Origin: a virus
Virus record (IMG/VR): IMGVR_UViG_3300030419_006925
Coordinates: 1 to 64,000 of that record
Strand: one strand, 5' to 3'
DNA length: 64,000 nucleotides
Shown: positions 59,458 to 64,000 of the stretch, piece by piece
Numbering within the stretch: position 1 is the first letter of the stretch
Layout of the letters: each line of letters opens with the position of its first letter
Notes under the pieces: model-generated
What the model was told of the DNA's origin: nothing
What the model saw: the letters and a program-made list of their open reading frames with translations, nothing else
The model's database searches: none
Program-made: the position numbers and the translations under genes

Positions 59458-61036
59458 GATTAGCCTCCAATAAATTATATAAACTTTGCTTGCCTAAGTA
59501 AAACAACATCTTGGAATAAGGATAATGATGCAGTGGTGCAATATTTAAAAAGATGAGCGATGTCAATAATTTAACTTTGTAGATATCTAGTTCATTATCA
59601 TGTAAAAATTTTATAAAATCGGCTTCATTCTCAACAAGAGAGTGTTTTCTATAAAAATCATATCCTATCACGTTGTCCGTCTGCTTAACATTATAACACT
59701 CTTTGTTAATAAGTTCATGTGAAACAATCAATCCGTGCAACAATTTTGCCAAATCATAATAAAGATCGCCATATGCTTTGATTCCTGCGAAATTTTGGCG
59801 CCAATCTAAAAGACAGAATTCTCCAGTTTCAGCAACCAAGATATTTTCAAAATGCAAATCCCCATGCATTCTCACTGGTGTTCCCATGGAGAGGTTTTCC
59901 CAATCTACTTTGCTAAGTAAGGCTTTAACGGGAGGGATCTTTTGTCCATTGATTGTTTCAACAAGATCCTGCTCCGAAAAACGATTAAAATAAAGTTCCA
60001 CCCTTTTTTCCGTCTTATCTTTATAAAATTTATTACAAGCACTCTTGAATTTTTTTTGTTCCTGCTCGTCTAATGCTTGTTCAGTCCAGAAATCTTCCAA
60101 AAACGATAACAGTCTTTTGAACGTATTTTTATTTGTAACCTTTGATAGTGTTTGACCTGTTATCATCCTATATGAATACATGTTCTTTCGGAAGTCTAAG
60201 ATTTCCGGCACATATCCCTCAAGGCGCTTGGCTCGGTCGATGCGATCTAGGATAAAGTCTGGATCACTATTGTATTTAATGGCGCGGCCGTTAACAAACC
60301 ATATGGCTTCATTTGGCTTTTCCAGAATCTCCGGCGCATTTTTAGATTTTACGATTTCTCTGGCCGCCTTTAAGCTTTCTAAATTGCCTGTGTCGTACCA
60401 AGTAAACTTCTTAGCCTCTATCAGAGAGTTTCGTTTTACCATTTCTCGGAGGGCGTACGATTCACCGATACGAATTGAACCGTACTTCTTACCAGATTCC
60501 ATCGAGTTCCAAAATTCTTTATAATCCTTGATCCCGGCCAAGCCAATATAGGGCTTTGTGTCGTATGATAAGATTTCATCCTTCTCACATATCCTTTCAA
60601 CACAGCTTGACTTTGATACCTTAAAGGAGCGATAGTTCTGATTGTTTTCGACTTCAGCATATCCAACCCAATTTGTTGTTGGTTCGGGTACTTCCTCTAA
60701 AATCACTGTATCATTGGGGCAAAAAATGAACGGGCACTGTAGGTGCTCTTTGCATTCCAGTATCGTTAGACCAAGACCGGAGCCACTACCGCAATAGTTC
60801 TTTATTTTGACGCATGTAATTTTTCTGTCTGGGTGGGCCATCTCAAGATAATCGCGCAGCAAGTCACCTTTGTGCCCTAGGGCTATAACTATTTCTATCT
60901 CTTTTGGAAACTTCTCAATAACATGAGAGATAACCGGCTTATTGTCGAGAGATACGAGGGCTTTGTTGAGATTCTTGCTAAAATCTCCCAGTCGTGTGCC
61001 CAAGCCGGCTGATGGTATTAGCACTTTATAATTCAT
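59450..61036 (-). CDS. Sugar-phosphate nucleotidyltransferase fused to APH/choline-kinase-like phosphotransferase
   Basis: N-terminal PSAGLGTRL...NKAL and WYDTG; C-terminal HGDLHFENIL, LLDWR, YYDLAKL. Confidence 0.88.
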   Translation of the reverse strand: MNYKVLIPSAGLGTRLGDFSKNLNKALVSLDNKPVISHVIEKFPKEIEIVIALGHKGDLLRDYLEMAHPDRKITCVKIKNYCGSGSGLGLTILECKEHLQCPFIFCPNDTVILEEVPEPTTNWVGYAEVENNQNYRSFKVSKSSCVERICEKDEILSYDTKPYIGLAGIKDYKEFWNSMESGKKYGSIRIGESYALREMVKRNSLIEAKKFTWYDTGNLESLKAAREIVKSKNAPEILEKPNEAIWFVNGRAIKYNSDPDFILDRIDRAKRLEGYVPEILDFRKNMYSYRMITGQTLSKVTNKNTFKRLLSFLEDFWTEQALDEQEQKKFKSACNKFYKDKTEKRVELYFNRFSEQDLVETINGQKIPPVKALLSKVDWENLSMGTPVRMHGDLHFENILVAETGEFCLLDWRQNFAGIKAYGDLYYDLAKLLHGLIVSHELINKECYNVKQTDNVIGYDFYRKHSLVENEADFIKFLHDNELDIYKVKLLTSLIFLNIAPLHHYPYSKMLFYLGKQSLYNLLEANRG

Positions 61037-61920
61037 ACTATTGTGATCCCTGCATAATCATCTTTATCATATCCGAAGTTGTCAAAATCTTCTTTATAAA
61101 ATTCATAAATCTTATTTGCTGTTTCTTGGGTCATTGCTCTTGACAGTTTTTGGCTCTCCTTGAAAGATGCATTATTTCTACCGAGAGATAACGGCTGCCG
61201 GTTGATTACCTCTTCCACAAAACATATTCCTATTTCGTTTTCTAATCTCTTCCAATCGTTTTCAAAATTTTCAAATCTACCAACAAAATCAACATTATGA
61301 TGCTTGGGAAGAAAGAAAGACTGATTTTTAATGTGGTTATCTTTAAACGTGTTCGTGTATACTTGTTCTACAAATGAATCAAAAACTAAAGCACCCTTTG
61401 ATGCTGTCTCCATGGGATCAGAATCAAAAGCACGAAACATCTTATAAGCAGAAAATAGCCTGTCATAAGGATTTCTCACAAAACCAAATTTGAAGTAATT
61501 TCGAAAAGATCTCTCGCCGGTTATCGGCGGGGCATCCGACGCGCGGGTGCCAGATGGCTTCAATTGAAGGCTCGGGGCGCGCTCTGCATTCATGCGAGCC
61601 TCTTGGCTTTTCCAATATTCCCACTTAAGAGTTGTCAAATATTTTAAATTCTTGACGGCGTCTTGTGGGTTTTTTTCAAGCCACGACATTAAGCTTGGAA
61701 TTTTCAACATTTCCTTTATAGATGAAGAAGCTGACTTCGGATTCAAATAACATGCTATCTTGTTCTCGTGATTAAGAAATAAGGTTTCCCACGGGCCGAG
61801 AGCGGGATGTTTCAATACTTCTCTTTGGAGGATCCTACCCCATGGCGAATATTGAGTACGCTCTTCTATAATAAAAGTGTAGTCTTCTGAATATCTCTTT
61901 TCTGTTTTCCACTCTGGCAT
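61033..61920 (-). CDS. Carbohydrate sulfotransferase (Sulfotransfer_2 family)
   Basis: 5'-PSB NPKSASSS, 3'-PB FVRNPYDRLFSAY, H...Q, VGRFE, YKEDF..FGY. Confidence 0.88.
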   Translation of the reverse strand: MPEWKTEKRYSEDYTFIIEERTQYSPWGRILQREVLKHPALGPWETLFLNHENKIACYLNPKSASSSIKEMLKIPSLMSWLEKNPQDAVKNLKYLTTLKWEYWKSQEARMNAERAPSLQLKPSGTRASDAPPITGERSFRNYFKFGFVRNPYDRLFSAYKMFRAFDSDPMETASKGALVFDSFVEQVYTNTFKDNHIKNQSFFLPKHHNVDFVGRFENFENDWKRLENEIGICFVEEVINRQPLSLGRNNASFKESQKLSRAMTQETANKIYEFYKEDFDNFGYDKDDYAGITIV

Positions 61921-62018
61921 TATACTACAAACCCTCCGTAATCGGCCCTATTGTATCCGAAGTTGTCAAAATCTTCTCTATAGATTTCATAAATCTTGTT
62001 TGCTGTTTCTTGGGTCAT
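61070..62018. repeat. 65 bp direct repeat, copies at 61070-61134 and 61954-62018
   Basis: 61/65 identical by manual alignment; encodes MTQETANKIYE.Y.EDFDNFGY in both sulfotransferases. Confidence 0.85.
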
Positions 62019-62702
62019 CACTTTTTGTGGTATTTGTTCTTTTTTCAACTTTGCGATCGCCGAACCATAGGGTTCTGGTTGTTTTTTGGTTGCTTCTTTC
62101 ATAAAGCGTATTCCTATGATTTTCTGCAATTTATGCCAATCGTCTGAGAATCTTTCAAGCTTTCCGATAAAGTCGATAGATTTTGGAATATGCCTACTTT
62201 GTCGATTAATGTGAGAATCAAGTTCGACTATTGGGCGCGTTGTGCGCCAGCCAGACCACTCTTGAGCAGAGAGTTCGATGCCCGGTGAAAGGTTAACATG
62301 ACCATTGGGGGGACCCTCAAGGAAGGGTCTGAACGATGTCTGGCCACAATACAGGCTGTTTATAAAATTATCAAAATTGGTTTTGCTAATTTCATTCCAT
62401 GGAAATCTATTCTTCCATGAAGGGCAAAACTTAAACATCTTATATGCTGAAAATATCCTCTCATATGGATTTCTTACAAATCCGAATCTAAACGGTCTAA
62501 AATGTTTTAAATTTTCTGCGATCGCTGATCGATCTATTGCTATAAAATATTCGTTGTCGGTGCGCCACTGCCAGTGTGTGTCCGTCTCCAACACCTCCCT
62601 CATTGATGTAGAAGCCACTTTAGGATTCAGGTAGACATACAAGGCATATTTATATTCTCTGTGGGTTATCTCGAAATCCATGCGCTCACCTTCGATAATC
62701 AT
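61920..62702 (-). CDS. Carbohydrate sulfotransferase (Sulfotransfer_2 family), tandem paralog
   Basis: NPKVASTS, FVRNPYERIFSAY, IGKLE, YREDF..FGY. Confidence 0.88.
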   Translation of the reverse strand: MIIEGERMDFEITHREYKYALYVYLNPKVASTSMREVLETDTHWQWRTDNEYFIAIDRSAIAENLKHFRPFRFGFVRNPYERIFSAYKMFKFCPSWKNRFPWNEISKTNFDNFINSLYCGQTSFRPFLEGPPNGHVNLSPGIELSAQEWSGWRTTRPIVELDSHINRQSRHIPKSIDFIGKLERFSDDWHKLQKIIGIRFMKEATKKQPEPYGSAIAKLKKEQIPQKVMTQETANKIYEIYREDFDNFGYNRADYGGFVV

Positions 62703-63027
62703 CCTCTAATCTGACGATATCATCTTCTCCAAAATAGGTTCCACATTGAACCTCAATAAACACCAAATCATCATCACCGGTGTTCTTAATTCTGTGGCTG
62801 GCTCCGATTGGGATGTGTACGTGCTCGCCTACTGAAAGTTCTAGGTCCTCCCCGTTGAGGGTGACTGTTGCGTTGCCCTGCACGATAACCCAATGTTCGC
62901 TACGTTTATGGTGGTATTGGTAACTTGGACGGTGGCCGGGCTTGATAATCAACCTCTTTACTTTGCAATATTCCTCGTCTAGTAGGTTTTCAAATGTGCC
63001 CCATGGGCGCTCTTCAGTATAATTCAT
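62686..63027 (-). CDS. Mannose-6-phosphate isomerase type II C-terminal cupin
   Basis: RPWG, VKRL, SYQYHHKRSEHW, HRIKN, IEVQCG.YFGEDDIVR; likely start 63027. Confidence 0.9.
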   Translation of the reverse strand: MNYTEERPWGTFENLLDEEYCKVKRLIIKPGHRPSYQYHHKRSEHWVIVQGNATVTLNGEDLELSVGEHVHIPIGASHRIKNTGDDDLVFIEVQCGTYFGEDDIVRLEDDYRR

Positions 63028-63035
63028 TGTAGTCC

Positions 63036-63851
63036 TTAGTGTCTTGCGCTCCAAGCCAACGTTGGATCCGGATTTACATACCCGGGTACCTCATAACTCG
63101 TTGTCCACTCGGGGCTAATGTATCGTGGTGGTTTTTCTATTGTTGGTTTAACGCGTATGTTAACAACATCTCTATATCCCTCTATAATGGGATTAACCCT
63201 GTGAACTGCATTATTGATAAATGATATAGCCGTTCCCTTAGAACCTATGACCTTGTTTGCGTTAAATCCCTCTTTCAGTAATTTTTCTACTTGTGGACCA
63301 ACTCTGGAATTGTTGGGCGCCGGGTACCAATGAGACGGGCCGAGGCGGGTACATTGACCCAAGATTCCTTTATCATTTGGTGCCATCAAATATTCGAATG
63401 GAGAGTTGTCCAAAGTAACGTCATTTAAATAAATCAATGTTTTGATAACTTCATTTGGATTATTATCATAATGCCACTCATATGATGATACCCTCTTATC
63501 TAAAGGTAGAGTCCTGTATATGTAAACCTTGTCAACATATAGATTACAGTAATACTTTGTCTTTTCTAGATAAGGTATTATAATATTTGATAATTTCGTT
63601 AATTCTTCAGTAAATTTCCATATGTTAGTGTGCTTTATTAGCACTCCATCGTCATTCGAGTCTGTCATTGAATCAAAATCTCTTTTTGTTTTTTGAGACA
63701 GTGCTTCAACCATGTCGCGATATTCCGAAGTAAATTTATCTATCGGAAGCATAATCACAGGATTGCCATAAAATCTTTCGTGCTCAAATTTACTTTGATT
63801 TGTTAAAGCATAATTTTCACGACAAAGCTTATAGTATTCATCATAATTCAT
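63036..63851 (-). CDS. 2OG-Fe(II) dioxygenase-like protein
   Basis: WHYD, IYLNDV...PFEY, G..GT...VHR, distal R. Confidence 0.75.
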   Translation of the reverse strand: MNYDEYYKLCRENYALTNQSKFEHERFYGNPVIMLPIDKFTSEYRDMVEALSQKTKRDFDSMTDSNDDGVLIKHTNIWKFTEELTKLSNIIIPYLEKTKYYCNLYVDKVYIYRTLPLDKRVSSYEWHYDNNPNEVIKTLIYLNDVTLDNSPFEYLMAPNDKGILGQCTRLGPSHWYPAPNNSRVGPQVEKLLKEGFNANKVIGSKGTAISFINNAVHRVNPIIEGYRDVVNIRVKPTIEKPPRYISPEWTTSYEVPGYVNPDPTLAWSARH

Positions 63852-63863
63852 CTATTCCTCTCG

Positions 63864-64000
63864 TCATGAATAACAAACGTAATTTGCTCTATATCCAGTT
63901 GAATATGCATCATACACATATAAAAGTCGCACTATCTTAAAGTATTTTTGCAATTCATTTTGAACAACCATTGGATCTAGATTCATTGTTGAATGATTCA
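63864..64000 (-). CDS. 3' end of an unidentified ORF entering from the right edge
   Basis: Open frame NHSTMNLDPMVVQNELQKYFKIVRLLYVYDAYSTGYRANYVCYS*, ending just before the RBS of 63036..63851. Confidence 0.4.
   Translation of the reverse strand, partial: NHSTMNLDPMVVQNELQKYFKIVRLLYVYDAYSTGYRANYVCYS

Noticed and set aside
1-64000. Numerous short plus-strand and nested ORFs
   Set aside because: They overlap long minus-strand genes with recognisable motifs and show no motifs of their own.
1-64000. Stop-codon reassignment, as in some jumbo phages
   Set aside because: Very long ORFs are intact in the standard code; TAA, TAG and TGA all end genes at sensible boundaries and coding density is high.
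1-64000. CRISPR array, tRNA, rRNA, intron or intein
   Set aside because: Intergenic gaps are tiny, and no repeat-spacer pattern, cloverleaf or intein motif was seen by eye. This was not checked computationally.

Overview
This 64 kb window is part of a large tailed dsDNA phage genome, most likely a jumbo myovirus. All credible genes are on the minus strand, densely packed, often coupled by TAATG/ATGA overlaps, and use the standard genetic code. In transcription order (right to left) there are four blocks. (1) A ~14 kb glycan synthesis and modification cluster: 2OG-Fe(II) oxygenases, a cupin isomerase, tandem sulfotransferases, a nucleotidyltransferase-kinase fusion, a GatZ/KbaZ-like TIM barrel, two HAD phosphatases, GT8, an NAD epimerase, a DegT aminotransferase, FdtA and three methyltransferases. 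(2) A gp55-like late sigma factor. (3) A ~40 kb baseplate/tail region: an M15 peptidase with a gp5-like partner, gp25- and gp6-like wedge proteins, a 3574 aa multi-LamG protein, and paralogous proteins that seem to carry halves of a tail-fibre attachment domain. (4) A replication/recombination block (RuvC-like resolvase, FKBP PPIase, primase, single-chain Mre11-Rad50) interleaved with three proteins that share an N-terminal MK[IVL]T..L+.[IL]I.EE[IV] leader. Three ORFs missing from the supplied track were read by hand: a tubulin/FtsZ-family gene truncated at the left edge, a 30 aa protamine-like peptide and a 39 aa hydrophobic ORF. Two well-formed sigma70-type promoters and a recurring candidate late-promoter motif (CTATTTAT/CTAATTAT) are visible. 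The main hypothesis is a phage-encoded virion glycosylation and sulfation system acting on [ST]-[GAS]-S-rich tail proteins. All family assignments come from motif recognition by eye; no database searches were run.
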